Part shown: positions 13,960 through 23,910 of the stretch, one piece after another | How the letters are laid out: every line of letters begins with the position of its first letter | How positions within the stretch are numbered: the stretch's first letter is position 1 | Source: a virus | Lineage: Duplodnaviria; Caudoviricetes | Length of the DNA: 31,007 bases | Virus record (IMG/VR): IMGVR_UViG_3300043391_000054 | Span: 1-31,007 of that record | Direction: 5' to 3' (one strand) | Translations under genes and position numbers: made by a program | The notes under the pieces: model-generated | Database searches by the model: none | What the model was told of the DNA's origin: nothing | What the model saw: the letters and a program-made list of their open reading frames with translations, nothing else

Positions 13960-15875
13960 TACAAAGATCCGGTTTCGCGCAGACGTTTGATGTTTCTATA
14001 CTGTTTGGTCAACTCATCAATTTGTTTTGGCGTCATTCCTTTTAAGATGACTTCTTTTGTAATGCGCTTTTGTTCAGCGGGATCTGGAACCAAATCTTGC
14101 AAACCCATCAATTCAAAAACGCGATTATTGGAGTTTTTTGACCACAATTGCTTAAAAACGTTGTGGTTAGCCTCACCATATCGCTGAAGAAACAGGTCTG
14201 CTGCTTGCCCTTCTGCTTCAGTCGCAAGAATCCCAGCGTACGTTTTGCGAGCCTGAGACATTATAACTTCTGGCGCGTAAGTAACGGTTCCGTTGGCTTG
14301 CGCTGCCAACTGTTTTCCAGCGTCTGTATTCAACGCGCTACCTTGCGCTGCCATTGTTGACAATGTCAACCGCGCCAGATCCTTAGAGAGCTGCTGATAA
14401 TCAGAATCTCCCATTATATTTTCTCTGACGTTTCTTTCAATTGCTCCAATATAGCCAGACTGAAAACTTGGTGCTTTTAATTTTTTGGCGATCTCGTCTG
14501 CCTTAGACACGACTTCTTGAACATCCCGTTTAAACGTTGCCATTGGGGGTTGCATATCAACTAACTTGTTTCTGTACTGTTGTCCAGCAGTAAAGTCCAC
14601 TGCCTCCCCCGGAGCCAATATCGCCGCCGCACCTTGCCGACGAACCGGATACTGCATAGGAGGCATTTGCATAGCGCTCGGCGTGACGCCTGGAGGCTGG
14701 CCCATGCTAGGCCGCGGTTGCGCCGCTGGAGCGCCGCCTTGCTCCAATCCCAATGGACGGAAACTAGGACCGCTAGGCGTTGAAACACCGAAGCCAGGCA
14801 CGCTATTGAGATTGATATTTGGAGTGCCAGACGGGGCTAGCAATTCCTGCTGCCTAGCTGGCGTTTGCTGACCCAGCATATTGTCAAACATCCATTTCTG
14901 CAAAATGGATGGGTCGTTTGCTTTTCTGGCGTCTGCAAGAACGGAATATGCCGACGCCGCGAACGCTTCTGCTTGGTCAGCAGGGACTCCCGCAGCCACC
15001 GCTCGTTCTTTTCTTAGACGAATGTCTCTAATTGCATTCTCAGGATTTTGCATTGCGTTTGCAATCCAATCGGGTCGATTCAACGGGTTAAGCGTTGAAC
15101 GCAACAATCCTTCGGTCTGAGCCGCTAGGTTTTGTTGCCCAGTTTGCGCTGTGGTTACTGCGAATTGAGCTTCGGCCAATCTTTTAGCAAGGTCTGATGG
15201 CAAAGATCCTTGAGCAAGTTGCAAGGAGACTCTAGCAATATTTTCATTTGTAACCGCTAATCCGCTTTCGGCTAATGCTCTGGCAATTGCAGATGCTTGG
15301 GTTTGTTCTGCAATGTTTGCACTAACCCCTGCGGTGCGTTCTTGTGCTCGCGCCGTTCCACTTGCCGCGAGTCCTTTAGCAATATCTGCCAGCTCCGTTC
15401 CTGTCGCTACCCTTGCTTGAACTCCGGAAGTTGTAGCTAAATTTTGGGCTGACTGACTTTCCGCAAGCCCTCTAGCAATATTTGCCAGCTCTGTCCCGGT
15501 TGCTACTCGTGCTTGAACTCCGGCCGTTGTAGCCTGGCTTTCGGCTGACCGACTTTCAGCCAACCTTCTGAGAACGTCAGAATCTTTGGTTGCTTGCTCA
15601 ATTTCTAAGGCAATTCGGTTTCTATCGGACAGAGTAACCGCTGTTCGACTTTCTGCTTTCAGTCGTTCAATATTTTCTTCTTGAGTTTTCCGAAGCGTAT
15701 CAAGATCAAGCCCGGATTTTCCGATGTTGATCCGCGCTTGCTCAAGCTGCAACGGCATCATCTGCTGTTCTTGCTGGAACGACTGTGCGCCCCGAGCCAT
15801 ATTCAGCAGGTTAGAAGCAGTCCCCAGAAAATCAACGGGCTTAACGCCCAACGGAATGGTTGGATCAAGTGGCAT
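13959..15875 (-). CDS. DNA ejection protein (P22 gp20 position)
   Basis: 638 aa, Ala/Gln-rich and helical, between the gp7-like and gp16-like genes; contains 32-aa repeats. Confidence 0.75.
   Translation of the reverse strand: MPLDPTIPLGVKPVDFLGTASNLLNMARGAQSFQQEQQMMPLQLEQARINIGKSGLDLDTLRKTQEENIERLKAESRTAVTLSDRNRIALEIEQATKDSDVLRRLAESRSAESQATTAGVQARVATGTELANIARGLAESQSAQNLATTSGVQARVATGTELADIAKGLAASGTARAQERTAGVSANIAEQTQASAIARALAESGLAVTNENIARVSLQLAQGSLPSDLAKRLAEAQFAVTTAQTGQQNLAAQTEGLLRSTLNPLNRPDWIANAMQNPENAIRDIRLRKERAVAAGVPADQAEAFAASAYSVLADARKANDPSILQKWMFDNMLGQQTPARQQELLAPSGTPNINLNSVPGFGVSTPSGPSFRPLGLEQGGAPAAQPRPSMGQPPGVTPSAMQMPPMQYPVRRQGAAAILAPGEAVDFTAGQQYRNKLVDMQPPMATFKRDVQEVVSKADEIAKKLKAPSFQSGYIGAIERNVRENIMGDSDYQQLSKDLARLTLSTMAAQGSALNTDAGKQLAAQANGTVTYAPEVIMSQARKTYAGILATEAEGQAADLFLQRYGEANHNVFKQLWSKNSNNRVFELMGLQDLVPDPAEQKRITKEVILKGMTPKQIDELTKQYRNIKRLRETGSL
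15084..15659 (-). repeat. About six tandem 32-aa (96-bp) repeats in the ejection protein
   Basis: Units begin KAESRT, LAESRS, LAESQS, LAASGT, LAESGL, LAEAQF; two share GVQARVATGTELA.IA.G. Confidence 0.85.
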
Positions 15876-15878
15876 GAT

Positions 15879-16697
15879 TTAACCGAGGTTTACGTTGTAA
15901 TTGCCCTGGATGCTTTGCGTTTGAGCCGCTGGAATAATCGCTGGTTGCGTCGGACCAGTCTGAATTGGCGCACCAACCCCCGTTGGACCAATCAAATTAT
16001 TTACATATCTCATGCCGCCATATGTGTTCAATGCGTTACCATAAGCGTTTGCCGCACCAACTTGACCTGCTGCTTGAGCTGCACCCGCGCTGGTTATTAG
16101 GTTGGCTGCATTGGTTCCGTAGTTAGTTGCCGCAGTGTTGGTTGCCGATTGCCCTGTCTGGCCAATTCCGGCAATGCCAGCCAGCGTGTTGTAGATATTC
16201 ATGCGTTGGTTTGAAAAGTTCTCAAAGGCTTTCTGATAGGCGTTGCCAGCGTAATCCTCGGCAAACCGCGTAATACCACGGTCAATATCACTGCCACCGC
16301 TGCCGCCCGCATTGAGACGCTGCCTCGCCGCGCGTTGCCCTTCTTTGAGCATGAATTCGTAATTTGGAGCCAGGCCCGTTTTCAAATCTTCAGCACCAAA
16401 TTGGCGAGTCAGGTAGCCCGTCCCCTGTTGCATGACTTGCTTACCACTGGCATCCAGAACAGGCTTGCCTTGTGCGTCATACATCGGCGTTTGAGCGCCA
16501 AGCAGCCCACCAATTTCATTGAGCGCCGTGTAACCATAACCACGATACGGGGCCTGTTGCTCGTTGATAAGGTTAAATTGTTGGCGCTGAAGCTCTGTTG
16601 CACGATCTGCTGCGGCAGCTTGCGTTTTTGCCGCGCTGCGTGATGCGCTTGCCCCGAGTAGACCGGCACCAGCAATGGCTAAGGCGGTAAATGGCAT
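15879..16697 (-). CDS. DNA ejection/pilot protein (P22 gp7-like)
   Basis: Hydrophobic Gly/Ala N-terminus, then AAKTQAAAADRATELQRQQF...APY; Gly/Ala/Gln-rich; canonical position. Confidence 0.8.
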   Translation of the reverse strand: MPFTALAIAGAGLLGASASRSAAKTQAAAADRATELQRQQFNLINEQQAPYRGYGYTALNEIGGLLGAQTPMYDAQGKPVLDASGKQVMQQGTGYLTRQFGAEDLKTGLAPNYEFMLKEGQRAARQRLNAGGSGGSDIDRGITRFAEDYAGNAYQKAFENFSNQRMNIYNTLAGIAGIGQTGQSATNTAATNYGTNAANLITSAGAAQAAGQVGAANAYGNALNTYGGMRYVNNLIGPTGVGAPIQTGPTQPAIIPAAQTQSIQGNYNVNLG

Positions 16698-16699
16698 GA

Positions 16700-17053
16700 T
16701 TAAAGTCCTTTGCTGATCAACACAGCATCAATTGCATCCTCGTCTGTCTCGTCTGTTGCATGGATGCAAAACCATACGCAATCCTGCAACGCTTCAATCT
16801 TGTGATGCGTGCCCGCTTTGATCTCAATGCACGCTGGAGCGTTGTAACTTTCGACAGAATCATCAGTCGAAACAATGACTTGACCCGATGCCAGTATACT
16901 CAAATGGGAATAAACGTGTTTATGGGTTGCAGCAATGTACCCCTTCGGGATAAACATCTGCTTTGCATAGACGCCGCCTGAAAAATGATGCGCCACTTGC
17001 GGGTCGGCATCAAATCGTCCAGCAATCTGCTTTACAAAATCATCGACTTTCAT
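16700..17053 (-). CDS. Cupin-fold protein
   Basis: Start 17053 (TAATG overlap); HHFSGGVYAKQMFIPKG...HKH...H.SIL..G...IKAGTHHKIEALQD.VWFCIH. Confidence 0.8.
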   Translation of the reverse strand: MKVDDFVKQIAGRFDADPQVAHHFSGGVYAKQMFIPKGYIAATHKHVYSHLSILASGQVIVSTDDSVESYNAPACIEIKAGTHHKIEALQDCVWFCIHATDETDEDAIDAVLISKGL

Positions 17054-17586
17054 TAAGTATACAGAGGCAAATAATAAGTTGTACCGTCGGCTACAACTGG
17101 TAGCCATTTTGCAATAACTATATGAGTGCCGGCTGCTGCCAGATTGTTGACCGTCACTGTGCTAGACGTCGTGAGCGTGGTCGCACTGACTGACGTGCCA
17201 GCAATCGAGCCACCCGTAATAGCAACGCTTGCGGCATTCTGCGTGGCCATCGTGCCAGCACCAGCAATATCTGCAATTGGAATTGTGGCGCTTGCTGTCA
17301 GCGGTGTCGTGCCGGCGCCTTTAACGTAGCCAGTCAGCGTATTGGCTCCAGTCCCGCCTGATGCGACGTTGACCTGACCGCCAAGCGTCACAGCACCCTG
17401 CGAAGCCGTCGCCGGAGTCAATCCGGTCGTGCCGCCGGAAACAGTATTTACTATCCCAGTGCCGACTGTAAGCGTTGAGACGTTAGGGTTTTGCAACCAA
17501 ATCAACCATTCTCGAGCCGGTCTTTGGGTGATCGGATCTAGGAACGGCGATTGTGGATAACGTAGATATGAATATGACGTTGCCAT
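17053..17586 (-). CDS. Tail needle/plug-like protein (P22 gp26 position)
   Basis: 177 aa directly after the gp10-like gene; PFLDP...REW..W N-terminus, then Thr/Gly-rich fibre-type repeats. Confidence 0.55.
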   Translation of the reverse strand: MATSYSYLRYPQSPFLDPITQRPAREWLIWLQNPNVSTLTVGTGIVNTVSGGTTGLTPATASQGAVTLGGQVNVASGGTGANTLTGYVKGAGTTPLTASATIPIADIAGAGTMATQNAASVAITGGSIAGTSVSATTLTTSSTVTVNNLAAAGTHIVIAKWLPVVADGTTYYLPLYT

Positions 17587-19061
17587 CAGTTATCACCCGC
17601 GCTGGCCTTGAGATTAGCAGAAACAATTGCGGCTTTGACCGGATCGCTGATAGACACCTCCCAGACACGATCTCTGGCCATGCCGAGCCGACGCCAGATT
17701 GCTCGATTCTGATACTTACCAATCTTGCCGATGCTGGTCCAATGCTCATTTGAGTACGTGGAGCCACCATCGTTTGACCAACGCAGCATTGCTTGAGGGT
17801 CTTCCCCTTGGCCGGTGCTCAGACCAACGCCAGGCTGAAACTGGATTTGCAGTTCCTCAAAATACTGCCTCTGAAAGTCAGAAACAATGTGGGGAGTGCG
17901 ACGCAATCTCCGAATCGGATTGCCAGCTTCAGTGTAGACGTCTGTGTCTACAATGTAAATTTTGCCGTTCTCGTAATCGCCAACAAGATTGTAAGTATTG
18001 AAAAACGTAGCGCAGTTACCGCGATTGCGCTGGAAGTTATTGGATGCGTCCAAGCTCATCCATTTAAACCACAGTTTAGTCGTTGAGTCGTAGACCCATG
18101 TTAGATTGGCCTGTGGGAAAGTGACGATGTACCACTCATGACCAGTAATCTGCATTGAGTAGGCAATCGCGTCAGAGACGTCAAACCCAATCAGCGAGTT
18201 CTCAACAGCGTGCGTGCTCAGACGGATAAACTGGTATCCATTAATCGTGCCGATTGTGGCGTGACCAAGTAAATCTCGAGTAACAAACATGAACGTCTCA
18301 GCCCATCTAGCCACCGAAAACGGTGCGTTGATGCCGTGCTGGATGAACGTGCCGCTGATTGGCGCAAACGGGAAACTGGCAATGGTCGGATCTGGCGATG
18401 GTGATTCAACCCAGACCTCGGTCGTAAACTCACCAAACAAGAACAACTGCTGGTGATCAATAAAAAGTGACACTAGATTGTCAGATCCACCGTCCTTGCG
18501 CCCAAACAGACCGCCAGTGTTGTACACAGACCCTGCGTCCGTCGCTGTAAACAGTTGGCTGTTAGGTTTGTTGTAAACCACGTAGCCGTTGACATAATCA
18601 ACAACAGTTGCATCAGCCCACAGCCCATCGCTTGTCAGTTGGGCAAACGTCGCAGTTGTCAGATTGTAAAAATACCGCGCAGCACCATCGGCAATATATG
18701 CCACAGTGCCATTAGAAGCCCCGTCATCGGTCGTTTGCGTTTCGGTGATACTCACGGGTCCAGATGACGTCGTAAGCGTGCCTACCTCTGCAAATGACCA
18801 GTTAGCCTGTATCAAATAAACTTTGTTGGCAGCGACCGCGATCATCTGCCCAAACGGGTTCATTGTCCGCATCCCACGCACGGGGCCGTTTGGCAGCGTA
18901 ACGATGGTGCGATAACCCGGAGTCGGCAGCAGCGCAATTACGCCGCGTGACCCTTCTGGCTTTACAGGATCAATCTCCGGGTACCAGTTGATACATTCTT
19001 GAGCATCTTGGTAGATCGTGGGAGCCTCGTAAGACGCCCCAACAAACCCAAAGTCAGCCAT
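17586..19061 (-). CDS. Tail hub / packaged-DNA stabilisation protein (P22 gp10-like)
   Basis: 491 aa, beta-rich; TWVYD...W, VGDYENGKIY, MLRWSNDGGSTYSNE and IWRRLG..RDRV motifs. Confidence 0.88.
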   Translation of the reverse strand: MADFGFVGASYEAPTIYQDAQECINWYPEIDPVKPEGSRGVIALLPTPGYRTIVTLPNGPVRGMRTMNPFGQMIAVAANKVYLIQANWSFAEVGTLTTSSGPVSITETQTTDDGASNGTVAYIADGAARYFYNLTTATFAQLTSDGLWADATVVDYVNGYVVYNKPNSQLFTATDAGSVYNTGGLFGRKDGGSDNLVSLFIDHQQLFLFGEFTTEVWVESPSPDPTIASFPFAPISGTFIQHGINAPFSVARWAETFMFVTRDLLGHATIGTINGYQFIRLSTHAVENSLIGFDVSDAIAYSMQITGHEWYIVTFPQANLTWVYDSTTKLWFKWMSLDASNNFQRNRGNCATFFNTYNLVGDYENGKIYIVDTDVYTEAGNPIRRLRRTPHIVSDFQRQYFEELQIQFQPGVGLSTGQGEDPQAMLRWSNDGGSTYSNEHWTSIGKIGKYQNRAIWRRLGMARDRVWEVSISDPVKAAIVSANLKASAGDN

Positions 19062-20029
19062 TACACAAACCCGCCAGTCAAGATCCAGCTTGCATCCTTA
19101 GCTTTCCCGCTAAACAGAACGTCAGGGAATTGCGCCGTCAGGCTCGGCCTCATGTTGGTGCGCTTTAGCGTCGCTTTGGCTTGCGCTGCATAGGCGTTGA
19201 TCAACGCCAGTTGAGTCTGGCTGTTCTTGCCGTACATCGGGCACAAACGCTCGGCCAAACACCAACGCAGAGCCATTAGATAGCCCTGTGGCAGAGCAAT
19301 TGACTCGTACAGGTTGCCGTATCGCCGGAACATTGTGTCGGCAAAAACGTGCATTTCGCCCTGCGCCGGAGCTGGCCACAAATAGATCGTCCCAAGCAGC
19401 TCTGCCGGCTGGTAGTAAAGCGCCTTCGGCCAGGGACCGTTGAGACTCTTCAGCCCGATAAGCTCGTACTGATCCAGCCCAATACAAGCCACGGGATAGT
19501 CGAGCTGGTTTTGCGACTGGCCACCGCCGCCAGCGGTATTGATCACGCGCACGAATGCGCTGTTGATGCTGACCGGACGCTGATAGCTGGCCGTGATTGT
19601 CGTGCTGGCCACCGTTTGGCTTGTGCTGACAGTGTACGTACCGAGTTCGTTGACGTTGCCGCCAGCGCCCGTATTGAACTGAACAATAGTCGTACCAGAC
19701 GCTATTCCGGAACCAACCAGAGTCTGCCCGAGCTGCACGGAGCCGCTGGTCAGTGCCGTGACGGTTAGCGTCGTGCCGGAGATGCTGCCGGTAAATACCG
19801 CACCAACCTGACCGCCTGGCCCAATCGTGTACTGCACCTGATTGGTTGCAGTTGGAAAGATGATCTCAGTCTGATAGCTGATCATCATCCGTTCGTTTGA
19901 CCATTGATCCAATATGTCATTCAACATATCGAATGCGTCTTGAGCTGCGTCGGACGTCGGCGTTTCGCCAGCCTCGAGCGCCCCGATGTCTTTCAGGGAC
20001 CGCGAGATAATTTCAATTGGCGCAGTCAT
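19061..20029 (-). CDS. Head-tail adaptor (P22 gp4-like) with inserted beta domain
   Basis: [16 protein letters not shown]......[12 protein letters not shown]-terminus; LPQGY..AL...LAERL.P.YG C-terminus. Confidence 0.8.
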   Translation of the reverse strand: MTAPIEIISRSLKDIGALEAGETPTSDAAQDAFDMLNDILDQWSNERMMISYQTEIIFPTATNQVQYTIGPGGQVGAVFTGSISGTTLTVTALTSGSVQLGQTLVGSGIASGTTIVQFNTGAGGNVNELGTYTVSTSQTVASTTITASYQRPVSINSAFVRVINTAGGGGQSQNQLDYPVACIGLDQYELIGLKSLNGPWPKALYYQPAELLGTIYLWPAPAQGEMHVFADTMFRRYGNLYESIALPQGYLMALRWCLAERLCPMYGKNSQTQLALINAYAAQAKATLKRTNMRPSLTAQFPDVLFSGKAKDASWILTGGFV

Positions 20030-20037
20030 GATTGCCT

Positions 20038-20451
20038 TTATGCAGCTTTGAGTAGACGCAGCTCATCAAGCGTTGTACAAGCGTCTGGCAGCTTCGTAAT
20101 GTCACGCAAACGCTGCTTTTCTGCCACGATGGCCGACGTATCTGCTCCCGTCTCAAATGCTCGTTGAAATGCAATATCCAGCGCTGCAAACAAGGGTTCA
20201 CGTTCAACTCGAAGTCGTTTTTTGGTGATTTCTTTAGCTTTGGCCAAATTAACCGACACAATCCCGTTAGACTGTTCCCATGCGCCGAAAAAATCATTAT
20301 CGGATTTTGGCAGCACATTCACGTTGACAATAAAAGATTCCACGCCAGTAGGGACGTCCTTGGCTTTCACTTCTTCAATTGAAAGCTCTCCGGATGGAAC
20401 GCAAATAGAAACATTGCCGCTTTCATTTGTAAAAATAACAACTTGGTTCAT
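20038..20451 (-). CDS. Tail fibre assembly chaperone-like protein
   Basis: [20 protein letters not shown]......[12 protein letters not shown]; follows a fibre gene. Confidence 0.7.
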   Translation of the reverse strand: MNQVVIFTNESGNVSICVPSGELSIEEVKAKDVPTGVESFIVNVNVLPKSDNDFFGAWEQSNGIVSVNLAKAKEITKKRLRVEREPLFAALDIAFQRAFETGADTSAIVAEKQRLRDITKLPDACTTLDELRLLKAA

Positions 20452-20466
20452 GGTTTATTTTAACAA

Positions 20467-21333
20467 TTAACGGAAAAAAGCAAGGTTCATTTGTTGATTA
20501 TCAGACAGGCTGGCAAATCCAACTAAAACCCGCACCTGCGAAGCTGTTTTTAATGTAGGCGCCGTACCAGCCGCGCTTGAGGCTATGCAAATCATGGCTT
20601 GCGTCGTGCTTGAGCCATTTGAATTGCAAATTCCAGCCATTGCATAATTTGCATCTTGAAGAGCTGTTGTAAAAGAAACCGTGTAATCGCCGGTTGAATT
20701 ATAAGTTATGCTGCTTACGTTGAGCGAAGCCCTAATGGTTCCTGGCGACGCGCCATCAAAATTTACCCATGCCTTGCAAGATTCTCCTGATGACGGGGTA
20801 TATGCTTCCCATGCCGTGTTGCCCGCGTTAATCCTGATAGATTGACCAGCAGCCGGTGCTACCGTGGTGAGAGTGTTTGCAACGTTGGCAACAGGAACAG
20901 ATCGAGCCGGAATGCTGGTCAGCCCCGTCCCGCCATAAGCAACGCCGATTTGTGTTGCATTCCACGTGCCGGTTGTTATCGTGCCAAGCGTCGTGATACT
21001 GGTTGATCCAGCCGTCGGCGCAAAAGAAGCGCCGGTCAAATCATTGATACCGCTGATGTTGTCGTAAGTGCCAATCGTGACCGCTGTCGGCGTCTGCAAC
21101 ACAAACTTATAAGCGCCACCCGTGGTTAGCCAGGTCTGATTGGCAGTGCGCCCTGCGGCATCCAACACAATAGGATTTGAGTTGGCAATGGTTCCCGCTG
21201 CGCTGGTATACGTCGCTTGTGGCGTCGTGGTTCCCGCTGTGTACGTGTACAGCAGCCCACCAGCCAGTGGCGTCCCGAGGTTATCGAAAAACTGCCAACC
21301 GGCCCCAGCGAGCGGGGAGAGTTTAACCGCCAT
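20467..21333 (-). CDS. Tail fibre/tailspike with N-terminal particle-binding domain
   Basis: QFFDNLGTPLAGG.LYTY.AGTTTPQATYT...NPIVLDAAGR anchor; C-terminal CKAWVNFDG...NVSSI....TGDYTVSF. Confidence 0.8.
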   Translation of the reverse strand: MAVKLSPLAGAGWQFFDNLGTPLAGGLLYTYTAGTTTPQATYTSAAGTIANSNPIVLDAAGRTANQTWLTTGGAYKFVLQTPTAVTIGTYDNISGINDLTGASFAPTAGSTSITTLGTITTGTWNATQIGVAYGGTGLTSIPARSVPVANVANTLTTVAPAAGQSIRINAGNTAWEAYTPSSGESCKAWVNFDGASPGTIRASLNVSSITYNSTGDYTVSFTTALQDANYAMAGICNSNGSSTTQAMICIASSAAGTAPTLKTASQVRVLVGFASLSDNQQMNLAFFR

Positions 21334-21337
21334 TTTT

Positions 21338-21355
21338 TTCCTTTTGCTCTTAAGC
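21338..21355 (-). repeat. 18-bp direct repeat, copy 1 (GCTTAAGAGCAAAAGGAA in mRNA sense)
   Basis: Identical to 23911-23928; intergenic, includes the SD of the downstream gene. Confidence 0.9.
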
Positions 21356-21357
21356 TT

Positions 21358-21380
21358 CCTGATTAATCGTTTTAATCAGG
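21358..21380. other. Perfect inverted repeat CCTGATTAA-N5-TTAATCAGG
   Basis: 9-bp arms; no U tract after it on the coding strand. Confidence 0.7.
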
Positions 21381-21388
21381 TTTATAAA

Positions 21389-21775
21389 TTACTCTTGTGA
21401 GTGCTCCGTTTCTTCAATTAACACCCAAGAAACCGTTTCCTCTTCCCAAACATAACGCCGACCATCGCCAAGCATCGCAACAGGAGCCTCCCACAAGCAG
21501 GTTTCTTCGTTCAAAACCCATGATGCAAATGTCTGCGGAGGAATAAACGCATCACGCTGGGCGTCGTAGGTATAACCAATTCCAGCGTAGTTCTTGCGAA
21601 ACGGCGTTCCGCCTAACAAGTGCTTGTCGCCAATCGTGTTGTAGCTAGTACGCTTCCAGATGTTGCCGGTTTCTAAAAGTAAAAGCTGCTCCATTTCAGA
21701 TTTAACCGTTTCATCCCACCCGGGAATGACACGGATTACAACATTCTCGTGATTGAGTTCTGCGTAATGTGCCAT
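21389..21775 (-). CDS. Conserved partner protein of glycine-rich fibres
   Basis: MAHYAEL...WKRTSYNT...PFRKNYAGIGYTYD..RDAFIPP...SWVLNEETCLWEAP; a family I associate with Gly-rich tail genes of aquatic phages. Confidence 0.8.
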   Translation of the reverse strand: MAHYAELNHENVVIRVIPGWDETVKSEMEQLLLLETGNIWKRTSYNTIGDKHLLGGTPFRKNYAGIGYTYDAQRDAFIPPQTFASWVLNEETCLWEAPVAMLGDGRRYVWEEETVSWVLIEETEHSQE

Positions 21776-21780
21776 GTTTT

Positions 21781-23571
21781 TTACCAAGTAATTGTGCCGT
21801 TACCGGCGCTAAAACGATAAACCTTGAATCCGGAACGAATGGTTGTATTGGGAGTAACTGAGCCTGAAACATTATCAACCCATGCGCTACCATTCCAAGA
21901 TTGCGTCGTCAATGTTGCACTAATTGACGATAGGTCTGCAAAGTTATTTGGGTAGGCGATTATTACAATTCCAGAACCTCCCGATCCAGAAGACAAAGAT
22001 AAAACATTAAATCCGGTACTACCACCGCCGCCACCGGTATTTACTGTCCCAGGGAATCCATTTGCACCAGAATTACCATTGCCACCGCCATTTGTCGCGG
22101 TCCCACCGCCAGATGCATAAGCACCGCCACCGCCGCCTCCACCATAAGAAGCCGACAATCCAGTAATACTTGTGCCTGTTGTGTAAGTTGTTCCGATCCC
22201 GCCTGAACCACCAGCAGAGCTTGAACCGGCACCTCCTGCACCGCCAGAACCGCCGCCACCTCCTCCGCCATATTGAGGAGCAGAACTTGATCCAGCTCCC
22301 CCAGAGTTGCCTTGTCCAGCAGTTCCACTTGTAACACTTGCGCCGTTTGCAGAGCCTCCAGCAGACCCCCCAGTTAAGCCTGACGTTCCTGAAGCCGGAG
22401 TACCATTACCGCCGCCGCCCCCACCTTTTGACGTAATTGTTCCAGAGGTAGCCGCGCTGGTTGTTGTTGCTCCAGTTCCAAATAATGAATCTGATCCAGT
22501 GTTTCCTAACGATCTTCCCGGACCAACTGAAGGTCCACCAGCACCGACAGTAACGGTATATGAAGTAGCAGCGGCGGTTACATAACCGGTCGTTGTCAAC
22601 AACCCGCCTGCGCCTCCTCCTCCACTACAAATATCTCCTGCAGTTGTTGACCCGCCACTTCCCCCGCCAGCAATAACTAAATATTGAACTGTTGACGGAG
22701 CATTAGCGGGAACAACGGCATTACTAGGACCGCCCGCTGGGCCAGTACCAATTGCGTTGGTTGCGGTAACTGTGAACGTGTAAGAAGTACCGTTAGTCAA
22801 ACCAGTTACGGTGAGGGGTGATGCTGAGCCGCTCGCGGTAAATCCGTTTTGTACGCAAGTCACCGTGTAGCTGGTAATAGTCGACCCGCCTGTAATAGAG
22901 GGCGCGGTAAACGAAATGGTGGCTTGAGTATTACCACCGGTTGCCGTAACACCTGTAGGTGCCTGCGGTGGGCCTGCTGCAATCGTCGATGTCGCTGCCG
23001 ATGTTGCGCTTGCGCTACCCGCTGCGTTAGTTGCAGTGACGGTACATTTGACCGTCGTGGCAAGGTCTGCATCCTGCAATTGGTACGATGACGAGGTTGC
23101 GCCGCTGATGTTAGTAGCCGCACCGCGAACCCATTGGTACGCAAAAGTTGGAGCTGGGTAACCGCTCCATGTCCCGCTTGTGCTTGATAGCGTTTCACCG
23201 ACTGTCGGTGTTCCAGAAACAACTGGCAGCGTGTTGTTCGTTGGCGCAGATGGCGTCAGAGTGGGCGTGGCCCAAGAAAGAACGCCAGAACCATTGGTGA
23301 TCAACACTTGTCCCGCAGTTCCATCTGTATTCGGCAAAGTCCAAGTTACATTAGATCCAACAATGGTTGGAGCCTTGAACGCCACATAATTGCTGCTATC
23401 TGAGTCTGCAAACCGCAAAGCGCCAGTAGCCCCAAGCTGCGCGTTTGTGCCGTCATAGGTAAACGTTGAAGCACCACCAAACGCCCCCGCGTTGTTAAAT
23501 TGAATTTGAGTTGGTGATCCGCCAGGAGAACCGCCGCCACCACCCGCGCCTGAAGTCGCCCTAAGTGCCAT
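21781..23571 (-). CDS. Glycine-rich tail fibre/adhesin with Ig-like and FN3 domains
   Basis: PVVSGTPTVGETL...YQW (Ig-like); PQAPTGVTAT...VTGLTNGTSYTFTVTATNAIG (FN3); YLVIAGGGSGG...GGSGIVIIAY (Gly-rich domain). Confidence 0.85.
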   Translation of the reverse strand: MALRATSGAGGGGGSPGGSPTQIQFNNAGAFGGASTFTYDGTNAQLGATGALRFADSDSSNYVAFKAPTIVGSNVTWTLPNTDGTAGQVLITNGSGVLSWATPTLTPSAPTNNTLPVVSGTPTVGETLSSTSGTWSGYPAPTFAYQWVRGAATNISGATSSSYQLQDADLATTVKCTVTATNAAGSASATSAATSTIAAGPPQAPTGVTATGGNTQATISFTAPSITGGSTITSYTVTCVQNGFTASGSASPLTVTGLTNGTSYTFTVTATNAIGTGPAGGPSNAVVPANAPSTVQYLVIAGGGSGGSTTAGDICSGGGGAGGLLTTTGYVTAAATSYTVTVGAGGPSVGPGRSLGNTGSDSLFGTGATTTSAATSGTITSKGGGGGGNGTPASGTSGLTGGSAGGSANGASVTSGTAGQGNSGGAGSSSAPQYGGGGGGGSGGAGGAGSSSAGGSGGIGTTYTTGTSITGLSASYGGGGGGGAYASGGGTATNGGGNGNSGANGFPGTVNTGGGGGSTGFNVLSLSSGSGGSGIVIIAYPNNFADLSSISATLTTQSWNGSAWVDNVSGSVTPNTTIRSGFKVYRFSAGNGTITW

Positions 23572-23900
23572 TACAGTCCCTCGCCAGCAGTAACCTCAAA
23601 TGCTCCAACAGCATCTGCTTTGAACCAAGCATTTGGAGGAATCCCACCAATAACCTCAACCGAGCTTGGCAAAAATCCAAGCGTTGACGCTGATGGATTA
23701 CCGGCTGTCGGAGCTGTTACGGTGATGGTTGGAGTCGGATTGCCTGGTGCATCAGGAAACCAACTCAAATATTGAACTGACGCGGTAGTGTTTCGCACGC
23801 GATAGCTCGTTGGGTTGTCATTGTTTCTTGCTGAAACTTGCACAACAGACGTCCCAACAAGGTAAGTCGGGCCAAATGGCGTAAAAGGTGAATTATACAT
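23571..23900 (-). CDS. Putative small virion protein (109 aa, beta-rich)
   Basis: Likely start ATG 23900 downstream of AAGGA; ends EVTAGEGL; TAATG coupling to the fibre gene. Confidence 0.7.
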   Translation of the reverse strand: MYNSPFTPFGPTYLVGTSVVQVSARNNDNPTSYRVRNTTASVQYLSWFPDAPGNPTPTITVTAPTAGNPSASTLGFLPSSVEVIGGIPPNAWFKADAVGAFEVTAGEGL

Positions 23901-23910
23901 TGCTCGGTTC

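Noticed and set aside
21980-22680. Gly-codon repeats as a diversity-generating retroelement target
   Set aside because: No reverse transcriptase and no template/variable repeat pair seen; these are ordinary Gly-rich domain codons.
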